Positions 42,150-52,632 of a stretch of DNA of 64,000 nucleotides are shown here, piece by piece. The notes under the pieces were generated by a model, which searched no databases, was not told the origin of the DNA, and was given only the letters and a program-made list of their open reading frames with translations. How positions within the stretch are numbered: position 1 is the first letter of the stretch; each line of letters starts with the position of its first letter. The position numbers and the translations under genes were made by a program. The DNA comes from Bacteroidales bacterium (lineage in GTDB: Bacteria; Bacteroidota; Bacteroidia; Bacteroidales; PUMT01). The stretch spans positions 5,011 to 69,010 of the forward strand of contig SLJO01000086.1 of NCBI GenBank assembly GCA_007135095.1, written 5' to 3'.

Positions 42150-42725
42150 TTAGCTTAATGTCAGGCTGATGTTTTTTCTTGCAAGAAGTTTCCTGAGATT
42201 TATCAGAGCATAACGCATTCTGCCAAGCGCGGTATTGATGCTTACATCTGTTTGCTCTGCTATCTCCTTGAAACTAAGTCCGCCGTAATGCCTCAATAAA
42301 ATAACTTGTTTCTGCTCTTCGGGCAACTCATCTATCAGTTGCCTTACATCATTTGTTATCTGATCCTTGATCATCAAATCTTCGATATTCTGATCAGAAA
42401 ACTTTTTGGAATTAAAAATATCAGCCTCATAATCATCATTTGACAGGGTATTTATCTGTTTTTCCTTTCTGAAATGATCGATTATAAGATTGTGTGCTAT
42501 CCTTATTACCCAGGATACAAAACGGCCGTTATCCTTGTATTTGCCATCAACCAGCGAGCGGATGACTTTAATAAAAGTATCCTGAAAAATATCTTCAGCA
42601 AGCTGCTGGTTTTTGACTACCAGTACAATATAGGTATAAACTTTTGTCCTGTGACGGTTTATAAGTTTTTCAACAGCTATATTGTTACCCTCTAGATACT
42701 GCTGTATGAGATCCTGATCACTCAT
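42150..42725 (-). CDS. ECF-type (group 4) sigma-70 family RNA polymerase sigma factor
   Basis: Region 2 is DIFQDTFIKV...FVSWVIRIAHNLIIDHFRK and region 4 is LSFKEIAEQTDVSINTALGRMRYA. The ATG at 42725 (MSDQDLIQQY) is preferred over the start called at 42809. Confidence 0.85.
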   Translation of the reverse strand: MSDQDLIQQYLEGNNIAVEKLINRHRTKVYTYIVLVVKNQQLAEDIFQDTFIKVIRSLVDGKYKDNGRFVSWVIRIAHNLIIDHFRKEKQINTLSNDDYEADIFNSKKFSDQNIEDLMIKDQITNDVRQLIDELPEEQKQVILLRHYGGLSFKEIAEQTDVSINTALGRMRYALINLRKLLARKNISLTLS

Positions 42726-42999
42726 CCTCTTTGCTTCCACATCTACCTCCTTTTTTATTTGTCTACGAGTATAAGTTTTCCAATAGCAGTCTCTTTTTAG
42801 TTTATACAATAATGATAAAATATTTATGTTACAAAGAAAGTAAAAAAATTCGTATTGTAAAAAATTTAATAAACCAAAAGAAAACTGCTACCTTGCGCCA
42901 GAATAGGCCAAATCAGTTAATTACCCTGGCTGAATTAAGATTTAATAACTTTTCAATAAAACTTCAACTTTATTAAAACAATAATTATGCCATAAAACC

Positions 43000-45810
43000 A
43001 TGCAGGGCAACAATAAGGAAATCGTCATAAAAGGAGCAAGAGTTCATAATCTGAAGAACATAGATGTAAGCATTCCGCGTGACCAGTTTGTGGTAATAAC
43101 CGGCTTATCAGGTTCGGGAAAATCATCCCTTGCCTTCGACACTTTGTATGCTGAAGGGCAAAGGCGCTATGTTGAGAGCCTTTCTTCCTATGCACGTCAG
43201 TTTCTCGGGAAGATCAATAAGCCCGAAGTGGATTTTATCAAAGGCATACCCCCGGCAATAGCAATTGAGCAAAAAGTCAATACTCATAATCCCAGGTCAA
43301 CTGTTGGCACCACAACGGAGATATACGATTACATGAAATTACTGTTCGCCCGTATCGGCAGGACCGTCTCCCCGGTATCGGGAAATGAGGTGACCAGGCA
43401 CAACGTAAGCGATGTTGTGAACTTCATTTTGTCGCTAAAAGAAAACCCGACCGTACTCATTCTGGCCCCGATACCCAAACCTCCCCGGGAATTACTGGAG
43501 AAAAGTCTTAATATCAGACTTCAACAAGGGATAACAAGGTTTTACTCAAACAACAGGACTGTAAAAATCCAGGACCTGCTGTCAGACCCCGGGAAATTAG
43601 AAGATACAGGTGATCTTGCTATAGTCATAGACAGGCTGAGAGTTGCCTGGGACGGCGATACAAGGGCAAGGATAGCCGATTCGGTGGAAAATGCCTTCTA
43701 CGAGGGAAACGGACACTGTATCCTTAAAATGGAGGAAAATGGCAAAACATGGGAAAAAGCATTTTCAGGCCTTTTTGAACTGGATGGGATTACTTTTGAT
43801 GAGCCTTCAGTACATATGTTCAGCTTCAATAACCCCCTTGGAGCCTGCCCCCTTTGCGAGGGTTACGGTAAAATCATCGGCATAGATGAGGACCTGGTTG
43901 TTCCCGACAAGAGCTTATCGGTTTATAATGATGCCATTGCATGCTGGCGGGGAGAGAAAATGAAAAGATGGAAAGAAAAGCTGGTTTTTAACGCCCCTGC
44001 ATTCAGATTCCCCGTACATAAGCCTTTTTATGAGCTGACTGGTGAAATGAGAGACCTGCTGTGGAAAGGAAACAGTTATTTCAGGGGGCTGCATGAGTTT
44101 TTCAGATACATTGAAAAGAAAAGCTATAAGATCCAGTACCGGGTGATGTTATCCAGGTACAGGGGCAGGACCACATGCTATGAATGCAATGGCACCAGGC
44201 TCAGGAAGGAATCGTCATGGGTGAAAGTGGACGGCAGATCCATCCAGGAACTGGCGGGTATGCATATAACCGGACTTTCGGGCTTCTTCGGAAGCATCAG
44301 GCTTGAAAAACACGAACAGGAAATTGCCAGCCGGATTATTAGTGAAATAAGGAGCCGTTTAGAGTTCCTGAAGGATGTGGGCCTGGGCTATCTCACACTG
44401 AACCGCCTTTCCTCTTCACTTTCGGGCGGAGAGTCACAACGGATAAGGCTTGCCAGCACGCTGGGCAGCAACCTTGTCGGTTCTCTTTATATACTCGATG
44501 AACCCAGCATTGGACTTCATCCGCGCGACACCCATCTTTTGATAAAAGTGCTGGGTCAGCTGAAAGAAGCCGGTAATACAGTTGTTGTGGTGGAACACGA
44601 TGAGGATATTATAAGGGCGTCGGACCAGATCATAGATATAGGCCCCCTGGCCGGGCGCCTGGGCGGCAAAGTCGTGTACCAGGGAGATCATAAGGGACTG
44701 ACGAAACATGAAAAAAGCCTCACAGCAAGGTATCTTACCGGAAAAGAAGCCATCACCGTTCCTGCAACCCGGAATAAATGGAACAATTATATAGAAATTA
44801 CCGGCGCATCAGAAAATAACCTCAAAGGAATAAATGTAAAATTCCCTCTTAATGTACTTACGGTTGTAACCGGGGTAAGCGGATCAGGCAAATCTTCCCT
44901 TGTAAAAAATATCCTGTACCCTGCCCTTAGCAAGTATTACAATAATACAGGCATTAAAACCGGCAGATTTGGGTTGCTTGGTGGAGACCTGAAAAGGCTT
45001 GCAGGCGTTGAAATGATAGATCAGAATCCTATAGGCCGGTCATCGCGGTCCAATCCGGTAACCTATATCAAGGCATATGATGAAATCCGCAAGCTCTTTG
45101 CAGCTCAGCCTGCAGCAAAACTGAATAGTTTCGGGCCCGGGCATTTTTCCTTTAACATTGATGGAGGAAGGTGCGAAGAATGCCAGGGTGAAGGTACCAT
45201 TAAGGTTGAAATGCAATTTATGGCCGATGTTAACCTTATTTGTGAAAATTGCCAGGGCAAGCGCTTCAGAGAAGACATTCTTGAAGTCAGGTACAGGGAT
45301 AAGAATATTCATGATATACTGGAGTTGACTGTAGGAGAGGCTGTTGATTTTTTCGGCAAACAGGACAACACCCTGGAGAGGAAGATCATTGAAAAGCTTA
45401 TGACCCTGGATGAAGTAGGCCTTGATTACGTAAAACTCGGACAGTCATCCAGCACCCTCAGCGGAGGGGAAAGCCAGAGGGTTAAACTGGCCTCCTTCCT
45501 TGGCAGGGAAAAAAATCATCATGCTGTTCTTTTCATCTTTGACGAGCCTACAACCGGCCTTCATTTCCATGATATTAAAAAGCTTTTAAAAGCATTCCGT
45601 GCCCTGATGGACAGAGGCAACACCGTTCTGGTTATCGAACATAACCAGGAGATAATCAAAACAGCCGACTGGGTTATAGATCTCGGACCGGAAGGAGGTG
45701 ATGACGGTGGATACCTGGTATTTGAAGGCACCCCGGAAGGCCTTGCCGGGTGCAGTAAATCCTATACCGGCAGGCACCTTGAAAATAAGCTCGTCCGCAA
45801 TACCAGGTAA
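43000..45810 (+). CDS. uvrA: excinuclease ABC subunit A
   Basis: 936 aa. Two ABC modules ([22 protein letters not shown], two LSGGESQR signatures) and zinc-finger cysteines ([16 protein letters not shown]). Confidence 0.98.
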   Translation: MQGNNKEIVIKGARVHNLKNIDVSIPRDQFVVITGLSGSGKSSLAFDTLYAEGQRRYVESLSSYARQFLGKINKPEVDFIKGIPPAIAIEQKVNTHNPRSTVGTTTEIYDYMKLLFARIGRTVSPVSGNEVTRHNVSDVVNFILSLKENPTVLILAPIPKPPRELLEKSLNIRLQQGITRFYSNNRTVKIQDLLSDPGKLEDTGDLAIVIDRLRVAWDGDTRARIADSVENAFYEGNGHCILKMEENGKTWEKAFSGLFELDGITFDEPSVHMFSFNNPLGACPLCEGYGKIIGIDEDLVVPDKSLSVYNDAIACWRGEKMKRWKEKLVFNAPAFRFPVHKPFYELTGEMRDLLWKGNSYFRGLHEFFRYIEKKSYKIQYRVMLSRYRGRTTCYECNGTRLRKESSWVKVDGRSIQELAGMHITGLSGFFGSIRLEKHEQEIASRIISEIRSRLEFLKDVGLGYLTLNRLSSSLSGGESQRIRLASTLGSNLVGSLYILDEPSIGLHPRDTHLLIKVLGQLKEAGNTVVVVEHDEDIIRASDQIIDIGPLAGRLGGKVVYQGDHKGLTKHEKSLTARYLTGKEAITVPATRNKWNNYIEITGASENNLKGINVKFPLNVLTVVTGVSGSGKSSLVKNILYPALSKYYNNTGIKTGRFGLLGGDLKRLAGVEMIDQNPIGRSSRSNPVTYIKAYDEIRKLFAAQPAAKLNSFGPGHFSFNIDGGRCEECQGEGTIKVEMQFMADVNLICENCQGKRFREDILEVRYRDKNIHDILELTVGEAVDFFGKQDNTLERKIIEKLMTLDEVGLDYVKLGQSSSTLSGGESQRVKLASFLGREKNHHAVLFIFDEPTTGLHFHDIKKLLKAFRALMDRGNTVLVIEHNQEIIKTADWVIDLGPEGGDDGGYLVFEGTPEGLAGCSKSYTGRHLENKLVRNTR

Positions 45811-46431
45811 GCAAACAATGAAGGCCCACACCATTCTCCCGCCGGGTTCGCATCACGGCACATTTACCGGGAAACTCATCAGCTTCATTATAAACAGCGC
45901 CGGCCGGGATGAGCATTACAGCATAAAATGAGTTGCTGGTAGTAAAAATTAATATTTTTTTTGTTCTTTTGCCTAAGACTGGTAAAAAGTATGAAAAATG
46001 AAATCATGACAAAAAGTAAATCATGTATCTGCCTTATAAAAGCATCAAACCCGGAAACCTTTAATACACTGCGATTAAGTATAAATAATTGACTGTTTGA
46101 TTTTTTATTGAAAATTTGACTGCCGGCCGGCAATCTTAAGTTACAACAAGCGTTAATAAGGTACATTCGATACATATAATCAGGCATTATGCCAACAGAT
46201 AGTTTTAATTTAGAAAATAAAAGCAACCATCCACACTGAACATAGTATCTGCACAATTCCTTAAAGATCCCCCGTAATATTGCATATCAGAGCGACTGAC
46301 CCCTGTCATGCTTTCTTATGAAGAAACAAAAACACTTCCGGTCATTTTTATCAGATATTGCTTTTACGCTCCTGAGGAACCGGATGAGATATAAATATTA
46401 AACAACTGAATGCTAACTAAATTTAATTTAG

Positions 46432-47433
46432 ATGAAAACTCAAGATGAACAAATGCAGGAACTGATACATAAGATCAGGAAAAATATCGGGAAGGTTTTA
46501 CTTTTACTGGTACTGGTCATTGTAGCAGCAACATCTGCCAAAACCGTTGGCCCCGAAGAAGAAGGGGTTGTTTTACTTATGGGCAGGTATAACCGTACCG
46601 TAGATCCGGGACTGAATTTTATACTTCCCATAGGAATAGAAAAAATGTATAAAATACCTGTTCAGCGTCAGCTGAAGCAGGAATTCGGGTTCAGGACAGT
46701 CGAATCGGGAACAAGGACACAGTATGTTAAAGCCGGGTACAGCGATGAATCGCTTATGCTTACCGGCGATCTGAACATTGCCGATGTGGAATGGGTTATC
46801 CAGTACCGTATAGTAGATTCGTACAAGTACCTTTTCCGCGTAAGGGATGCTGAAGATGCGCTGCACGACATGTCAGAGGCGGCAATGCGCAAAATTGTGG
46901 GCGACCGCACCGTAAACGAGGTGCTCACTGTCGGCCGGCAGGAAGTGGCCAGTACAGTGGAGGTTCTCCTGCAAAAAATGTGTGATGAGTATGAGAACGG
47001 GATCCGGATCGACCAGGTGGTGCTGCAGGACGTTAATCCGCCCGAATCGGTCAAAGCTTCCTTCAACGCTGTCAACGAAGCCCAGCAGGAAAGGGAAACG
47101 CTTATTAATCGTGCCGAATCAGAGTATAACCGCGTAATCCCCAGGGCAAGAGGGGAAGCTGCGGAAACCATTCAGCTGGCAGAAGGATATGCCATGAACA
47201 GGGTTAACAGGGGAACCGGTGAGGCAGACCGTTTTACAGCCTTATATGAAGAATTTATCAAGGCACCCGAGGTTACCAAAAAGCGGATTTACCTTGAAAC
47301 CATGGAAAGGATAATGCAAAAGACCGGCAACAAGATTATCATGGATGAAAATGGCACTAACATATTGCCACTGTTAAATCTTAACCATAATGCCGGTATT
47401 CAGCAACAACTCCGGCAAGAAACATCACAGTAA
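46432..47433 (+). CDS. hflK: FtsH protease modulator HflK (SPFH/band-7)
   Basis: 333 aa. N-terminal TM, an SPFH domain, and a coiled C-terminal region. It is immediately followed by hflC. Confidence 0.85.
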   Translation: MKTQDEQMQELIHKIRKNIGKVLLLLVLVIVAATSAKTVGPEEEGVVLLMGRYNRTVDPGLNFILPIGIEKMYKIPVQRQLKQEFGFRTVESGTRTQYVKAGYSDESLMLTGDLNIADVEWVIQYRIVDSYKYLFRVRDAEDALHDMSEAAMRKIVGDRTVNEVLTVGRQEVASTVEVLLQKMCDEYENGIRIDQVVLQDVNPPESVKASFNAVNEAQQERETLINRAESEYNRVIPRARGEAAETIQLAEGYAMNRVNRGTGEADRFTALYEEFIKAPEVTKKRIYLETMERIMQKTGNKIIMDENGTNILPLLNLNHNAGIQQQLRQETSQ

Positions 47434-47465
47434 TTTAAACTAATTGCTAACCATAATTCATACGA

Positions 47466-48404
47466 ATGAAGACAAAATATATTATACTGGCAGTTGTATC
47501 CATAGTGATACTGATAGCCGCATCACAGAGTATTTTTATCCTTGACGAAACACAGCAGGCCATTGTCACCCAGTTCGGCAGGCCGGTGGGAGGAGCCCGG
47601 ACAGAACCCGGATTAAACTTTAAAACTCCCTTTATTCATAAAATTCAGTTATTTGACAAAAGATACCTGAAATGGGACGGCGACCCGAACCAGGTACCCA
47701 CCCAGGACAAAAGATTCATGTTTGTCGATACATACGCCCGCTGGGAGATAACCGATCCCCTGCAGTTTTTTATCAGGCTCAGGGATGAAAGATCCGGTCA
47801 GTCGAGGCTTGACGATATTCTGGACGGGGAAACCCGGAATGCAATAGCCAGCCATGAACTGATTGACCTGGTACGTTCCACCAATCGTGAACCTGTGGTT
47901 TATGATGAGTACCTGGAGGATATTGAAACCCTCGAGGAGATCTCCGTGGGAAGAGAAAGGATTGAAGAACTTATCCTTCAAAGGGCAAATGAAAGGACCG
48001 CCGACCTTGGCATAAGGGTTCTGGATTTCAGGTTCAAAAGGATGAACTATGTTCAGGAGGTAAGAGAGAGAGTTTTTGACAGGATGATAAGCGAAAGAAA
48101 CAGGATAGCCGAGCAGTTCAGGTCAGAGGGCGAAGGTGAAGCCAGAAGGATTGCAGGAGAGAAGGAGCGTGACCTGGCCCAGATCCAGTCAGAGGCATTC
48201 AGGGAAGCCGAGGGCATCATGGGGCGGGCAGATGCAAGCGCTACAAATATATATGCAGGGGCATACAACAGGAATAACGGAAGCAGGGACCTGTATGCAT
48301 TCCTGCGTTCCATGGAAAGCCTTGAGAAATCGATTGACAGTGAGACCACCATTATCTTGTCGACCGACAATGAATTGCTGAAATTCATGAAGAGCATTGA
48401 CTGA
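47466..48404 (+). CDS. hflC: FtsH protease modulator HflC (SPFH/band-7)
   Basis: 312 aa. N-terminal TM, an SPFH domain (QQAIVTQFGRP...), and a charged coiled region. Confidence 0.85.
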   Translation: MKTKYIILAVVSIVILIAASQSIFILDETQQAIVTQFGRPVGGARTEPGLNFKTPFIHKIQLFDKRYLKWDGDPNQVPTQDKRFMFVDTYARWEITDPLQFFIRLRDERSGQSRLDDILDGETRNAIASHELIDLVRSTNREPVVYDEYLEDIETLEEISVGRERIEELILQRANERTADLGIRVLDFRFKRMNYVQEVRERVFDRMISERNRIAEQFRSEGEGEARRIAGEKERDLAQIQSEAFREAEGIMGRADASATNIYAGAYNRNNGSRDLYAFLRSMESLEKSIDSETTIILSTDNELLKFMKSID

Positions 48405-48434
48405 GTCGATGACCGTCATTCGACCATCCAACAA

Positions 48435-48461
48435 AAGCCGGCCTGTTTAACGGGCCGGCTT
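48435..48461. terminator. GC-rich hairpin, likely bidirectional terminator (hflC / DHOD-like gene)
   Basis: 9-bp stem AAGCCGGCC (48435-48443) / GGCCGGCTT (48453-48461) with a 9-nt loop. On the minus strand it is followed by TTTTGTTGG. The plus-strand T-tract is weak. Confidence 0.6.
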
Positions 48462-48470
48462 ATATTGAAA

Positions 48471-48625
48471 CTTAATGTATATTTCTCCTGAAAAAAACAA
48501 AAATCCAAAATTTTGTTCATAAAATACAAAATTTTGACTTACAGGAGGAACCGCTTCGCTTTAACATCAAATTTTTTCATCTTATCTGTGTGAAATTTAA
48601 GCTGAAAAAATTTAATGTATATTTG
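48471..48625 (-). repeat. intergenic repeat element, copy B (inverted relative to copy A; mini-ORF 48539-48580 on minus strand)
   Basis: The reverse complement of 48509-48625 matches 17934-18051. An 11-bp AT hairpin is formed by 48506-48516 and 48526-48536. The element is flanked by a 13-nt direct repeat TTAATGTATATTT at 48472-48484 and 48612-48624. Confidence 0.85.
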
Positions 48626-49589
48626 AAAAGTACTTCATGAACTGCGAACGCTCCCATGCTGAAGGATCGGGAATTTTACGGTAACTCATCTTGCCCCTGA
48701 ATTCTTCAATGCCGCCGAATCCTTTCCTTTTCATCCATTCCTCCAGTCCGCCAACAAGGCCTGCAACCTCCTTTATCCCGTTCTTGTACAGTAACGAGCA
48801 GACCTGAATGGTTTTGGCCCCTGCCAGCAGCTGCTTGACAACAGCCTCCCAGGAATGTATGCCCGTAGAGGCCGAAATATCAATGCTGCCGATTTTATCA
48901 TGAACAAGGGCGACCCACCTCAGGACATGGCGCAGGTCGGAGGGCGAACTAAAAACACCGGCAGAGGTGAGCTTCATGTTTTCGATATCAATATCCGGTT
49001 CATAAAAACGGTTGAATAATACTGCACCCTTTACACCATGCGCATAAAGACGGTCAATTATCCCAAGCACATTTGTAAAATTATTTCCCAGCTTAACCGC
49101 CACAGGGATACCGATAATCCGGGTGACCCTGCTGGCTATATCTATATAAACATTTTCATAGTCCGTTGAAGAAGAATATTTATTGACCGGTAAAAAAAAC
49201 ACATTAAGCTCCAGGGCATCTGCGCCTGCTTCCTCAATCCGCCGTGCAAAACCTACCCAGTCACTTGCCGATATACAGTTGATACTGGCAATTACAGGAA
49301 TGGAAACCGAGTTTTTTGCCTGCTCTATCAGGCTCAGATAATTATCAACAGAGTGGTTTTTGGTATAGTTTTTTATATAATCCTCGGCTTCAGGATAGTC
49401 ATGATCCAGAATCAAGCTGCCGGCATCGTAATTTATCTGTTCTTCAAACAATGATTTTAGTACTACGGCGGCAGCGCCGGACTGCTCAAGGGAGCGGATT
49501 TTATCGGCCGTACCGGTAAGTCCTGAACTGCTTACAATGACAGGGTTCTTTAGTTTCAACCCTAGATAGTTAACCTCAAGATTAGGCAT
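48612..49589 (-). CDS. dihydroorotate dehydrogenase-like (class 1 PyrD-like TIM-barrel flavoprotein)
   Basis: 325 aa. DHOD-like blocks are NPVIVSSSGLT, ALELNV, PVAVKL and a C-terminal FMN-binding-like segment. The last codons and the stop overlap repeat copy B. Confidence 0.65.
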   Translation of the reverse strand: MPNLEVNYLGLKLKNPVIVSSSGLTGTADKIRSLEQSGAAAVVLKSLFEEQINYDAGSLILDHDYPEAEDYIKNYTKNHSVDNYLSLIEQAKNSVSIPVIASINCISASDWVGFARRIEEAGADALELNVFFLPVNKYSSSTDYENVYIDIASRVTRIIGIPVAVKLGNNFTNVLGIIDRLYAHGVKGAVLFNRFYEPDIDIENMKLTSAGVFSSPSDLRHVLRWVALVHDKIGSIDISASTGIHSWEAVVKQLLAGAKTIQVCSLLYKNGIKEVAGLVGGLEEWMKRKGFGGIEEFRGKMSYRKIPDPSAWERSQFMKYFSNIH

Positions 49590-49668
49590 GGTGTAAATAT
49601 TGGTTTAGTTAACACTAAAAAAATAAAACAGACATTCGGAATCCGCGTTAAAAAATCAATGACCCGGC

Positions 49669-50340
49669 TCATTGATAGGTTCTCTGGCCAAAAATCAGAC
49701 TTCCTATTCTGACAATCGTGCTCCCTTCCTCAACCGCTATCTTATAATCGTCCGACATTCCCATTGACAACTCATTGAAGTTCTCACCTGCGGCGGGGAT
49801 AATGTCCCTGATCTTTTTGTAAAGATCAGAAAGCGTTCTGAACTCCGACCTTATCAATTCCTTATCGCTGGTCAGGGTGGCCATTCCCATCAGTCCCCTG
49901 ATACGCACTCCCTCAAAATCGCCGGGCGAATATCCGTTAAAAAATTCAAGGGCCTCTGCAACGGAAAAACCGAACTTGCTCTCTTCAGTGGCAATATGAA
50001 CCTGCACGAGGCAATCAATTACCCGGTTATTCTTAACTGCTTCCTTGCTTATTATTTTAATAAGCTTCGGTGAATCGACTGAATGAATAAACGATATAAA
50101 GGGAGCTATATACTTAACCTTATTTGACTGCAGATGCCCAACCATATGCCATTGAATATCCCCGGGCAATTTTTCTTTCTTATCAGCCAGTTCCTGCACC
50201 TTATTCTCTCCCATTATCCTGTGTCCTGCTGAATAAAGCTGCATTATCTCAGAAGGGTTTCGGGTCTTGGTAACAGCAACCACTTTTACTCCTGAGGGAA
50301 TATTTTTCAGTATATCCTGTAAGTTTCCGGCAATATCCAT
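49669..50340 (-). CDS. yggS: YggS-family pyridoxal-phosphate homeostasis protein
   Basis: 223 aa. PLP-lysine context VKVVAVTKTR, HMVGHLQSNK, and C-terminal LSMGMSDDY...RIG. Confidence 0.88.
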   Translation of the reverse strand: MDIAGNLQDILKNIPSGVKVVAVTKTRNPSEIMQLYSAGHRIMGENKVQELADKKEKLPGDIQWHMVGHLQSNKVKYIAPFISFIHSVDSPKLIKIISKEAVKNNRVIDCLVQVHIATEESKFGFSVAEALEFFNGYSPGDFEGVRIRGLMGMATLTSDKELIRSEFRTLSDLYKKIRDIIPAAGENFNELSMGMSDDYKIAVEEGSTIVRIGSLIFGQRTYQ

Positions 50341-50383
50341 ATTCTCCCTCTCTGTTTATAAAATCAGTTTTTAAGGCAAGCTG

Positions 50384-51631
50384 TCAATCAAGAAGATGAA
50401 TAACAAGTCCGCTTCGCAGCTTGGGCTCAAACCATGTGGTTTTGGGCGGCATTATATTGCCTGTATCGGCTATATCCATCAACTGCTTCATAGTTACCGG
50501 GTAGAGGGCGAAAGCAACCTTCATCTCACCGCTATCCACCCTTTTTGTTAGCTCACCCAGTCCCCTGATGCCACCGACAAAATCAACTCTTTTGTCGGTC
50601 CTCAGATCGGTGATACCCAGAATATTGTCCAGTACCATTTCTGACAGTATGGTAACGTCCAGGCAGGCAATGGGATCATTGTCATTATATGTGCCTTTGC
50701 GGGCAGTAAGCGAGTACCATTTACCCTGAAGGTACATTGAGAAATTGTGCAGCGATGCAGGTTTATATATATCTGCCCCTTTTTCATCAATTACAAAAAT
50801 ATCCTCCAGCTTTTTAATGAAAGCCGTCTCATCCAGTCCGTTAAGATCTTTTACAACCCTGTTGTAATCAATAATATTAAGCTGCCTGTCGGGGAAGTGC
50901 ACGGCAAGAAAAAAATTGTATTCCTCGTCACCCGTATGGTCAGGATTTGCAACCTTCTTTTCATTACCCACAAGGGCAGCTGCAGCTGTCCGGTGATGTC
51001 CGTCTGCCACATATGTATACGGCACCCTCGCAAACAGGCGGACAAGCTCCCCTGTCAGAACGGTATCCTTTATAACCCAGAAATGGTGGCCTATACCGTC
51101 GTCTGCTACAAAATCATACTCCGGTTCATTGTTCTCAGTGTATAATTTAACAATATTGTCAATCTCAGGTACCGCACGGTAAGTAAAAAATACCGGTTCC
51201 ATATTGGCATTGGTTACCTTTACATGTTTCATCCTGTCTGTCTCTTTATCTTTCCGGGTAAGTTCATGTTTTTTTATCCTGTCGTTCATATAATCCTCCA
51301 CCCCGGCGCAGCCTGCCAGACCATACTGCCGCCTTCCATCCATGGTTTGTGCATAAATGTAAAGATAGTCGGTGTCATCATGGATAAGCCAGCCATTAGC
51401 CCGGAATCTGTCAATATTTTTCCTGGCGGTATCATAAACCACCGGTTCATATTCACTGGTACCGGGCGGACAATCAATTTCAGGTTTTATTATATGCAGC
51501 AAAGAATACGGATTCCCTTTGGCCTCTTCCCGGGCTTCTTCTGAATTAAGCACGTCATAGGGCCTGGAAGCCATATCTTTTGCAATTCCAGCAGGAGGGC
51601 GCAAACCCCTGAATGGTTTTAATATTGCCAT
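50384..51631 (-). CDS. DUF1015 family protein
   Basis: 415 aa. The N-terminal MAILKPFRGLRP and the ADGHHR block are characteristic of DUF1015. Confidence 0.8.
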   Translation of the reverse strand: MAILKPFRGLRPPAGIAKDMASRPYDVLNSEEAREEAKGNPYSLLHIIKPEIDCPPGTSEYEPVVYDTARKNIDRFRANGWLIHDDTDYLYIYAQTMDGRRQYGLAGCAGVEDYMNDRIKKHELTRKDKETDRMKHVKVTNANMEPVFFTYRAVPEIDNIVKLYTENNEPEYDFVADDGIGHHFWVIKDTVLTGELVRLFARVPYTYVADGHHRTAAAALVGNEKKVANPDHTGDEEYNFFLAVHFPDRQLNIIDYNRVVKDLNGLDETAFIKKLEDIFVIDEKGADIYKPASLHNFSMYLQGKWYSLTARKGTYNDNDPIACLDVTILSEMVLDNILGITDLRTDKRVDFVGGIRGLGELTKRVDSGEMKVAFALYPVTMKQLMDIADTGNIMPPKTTWFEPKLRSGLVIHLLD

Positions 51632-51708
51632 TGTTCTTGAATATTAAATACGGTTAATAAAAGAAAACAGGCAGGAAGTTTTATCAGCCTGCCTGTTAGA
51701 ATGAATAA

Positions 51709-52632
51709 TCAGAGGTTTACCTGAAATGTCCGGATCTCTTTTTCAAGGAATCCTACTATCTGCCTGGCAGCAGCAATTCCTGCATTTATATTTGCTTCGG
51801 CAGTCTGGGCGCCCATTTTTTTGGGAGTAAAAAAATAACGGCCGGGATAATTTTCAGCAATCTGCTCACGGCAATCAGGTGCTATATCAGTTAAATATTT
51901 AAAATCAGGCCTGTCGGCAAACATTCTCAAAAGCGAGTCTTCATCAATAATTTCCTTCCGGGCAGTATTAACCAGGGTGGCAGGTTTTGGCATCTTTTCA
52001 AGAAGCCTGTAATTTATTGATTTGGTGGTGTCTTTGTTTGCCGGAATATTCAAGGAGATATACCGGCAGATACTGAACAGTTCCTCAGCCGTATCAACGC
52101 ATTTTATCCCTTCATGCTCCATGGCACTTTTCTCCACGAAAGGATCAAACCCATAAACTTCCATTTGAAAACCCCTGGCAATTCTGGCAATATGTCGGCC
52201 GATATTCCCGCAGGCATGAAGACCAAGTCTTTTTCCCCTTAATTCAGTCCCCGATGTTCCGTTGAACTGATTACGGGCGGTGTAAACCATTAGACCCATT
52301 GCCAGTTCCGCCACGGCATTGGAATTCTGCCCGGGGGTGTTCATAACGGCAACGCCTTTTTCGCTTGCCGATACAAGGTCAATATTATCATAGCCGGCAC
52401 CCGCCCTTACAACTATCTTCAGTTTTTCACCGGCAGATAATACTTCCTGTGTCACCAAATCGCTCCTTACTATCATTGCATCAACATCGGCTACAGCGTT
52501 CAGAAGTTCGGCGGTGGTTTTATAATTCTCAAGCAGCACCATTTCATATCCGGCATCGTTTATTACTTCAGCAATCCCTTCAATTGCAGGTTTCGCAAAA
52601 GGTTTATCTGTTGCTATCAATACTTTTCTCAT
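51709..52632 (-). CDS. serA: D-3-phosphoglycerate dehydrogenase (short form, D-2-hydroxyacid dehydrogenase family)
   Basis: 307 aa. GAGYDNID, an NAD-binding [13 protein letters not shown] segment, and a 4-nt overlap with serC upstream. Confidence 0.75.
   Translation of the reverse strand: MRKVLIATDKPFAKPAIEGIAEVINDAGYEMVLLENYKTTAELLNAVADVDAMIVRSDLVTQEVLSAGEKLKIVVRAGAGYDNIDLVSASEKGVAVMNTPGQNSNAVAELAMGLMVYTARNQFNGTSGTELRGKRLGLHACGNIGRHIARIARGFQMEVYGFDPFVEKSAMEHEGIKCVDTAEELFSICRYISLNIPANKDTTKSINYRLLEKMPKPATLVNTARKEIIDEDSLLRMFADRPDFKYLTDIAPDCREQIAENYPGRYFFTPKKMGAQTAEANINAGIAAARQIVGFLEKEIRTFQVNL

Noticed and set aside
45888-46256. 122-aa minus-strand ORF in the uvrA-hflK gap
   Set aside because: The sequence is AT-rich and junk-like (many Cys/Leu/Phe/Asn). 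It has no signal or motif and is most likely a chance ORF in non-coding DNA.
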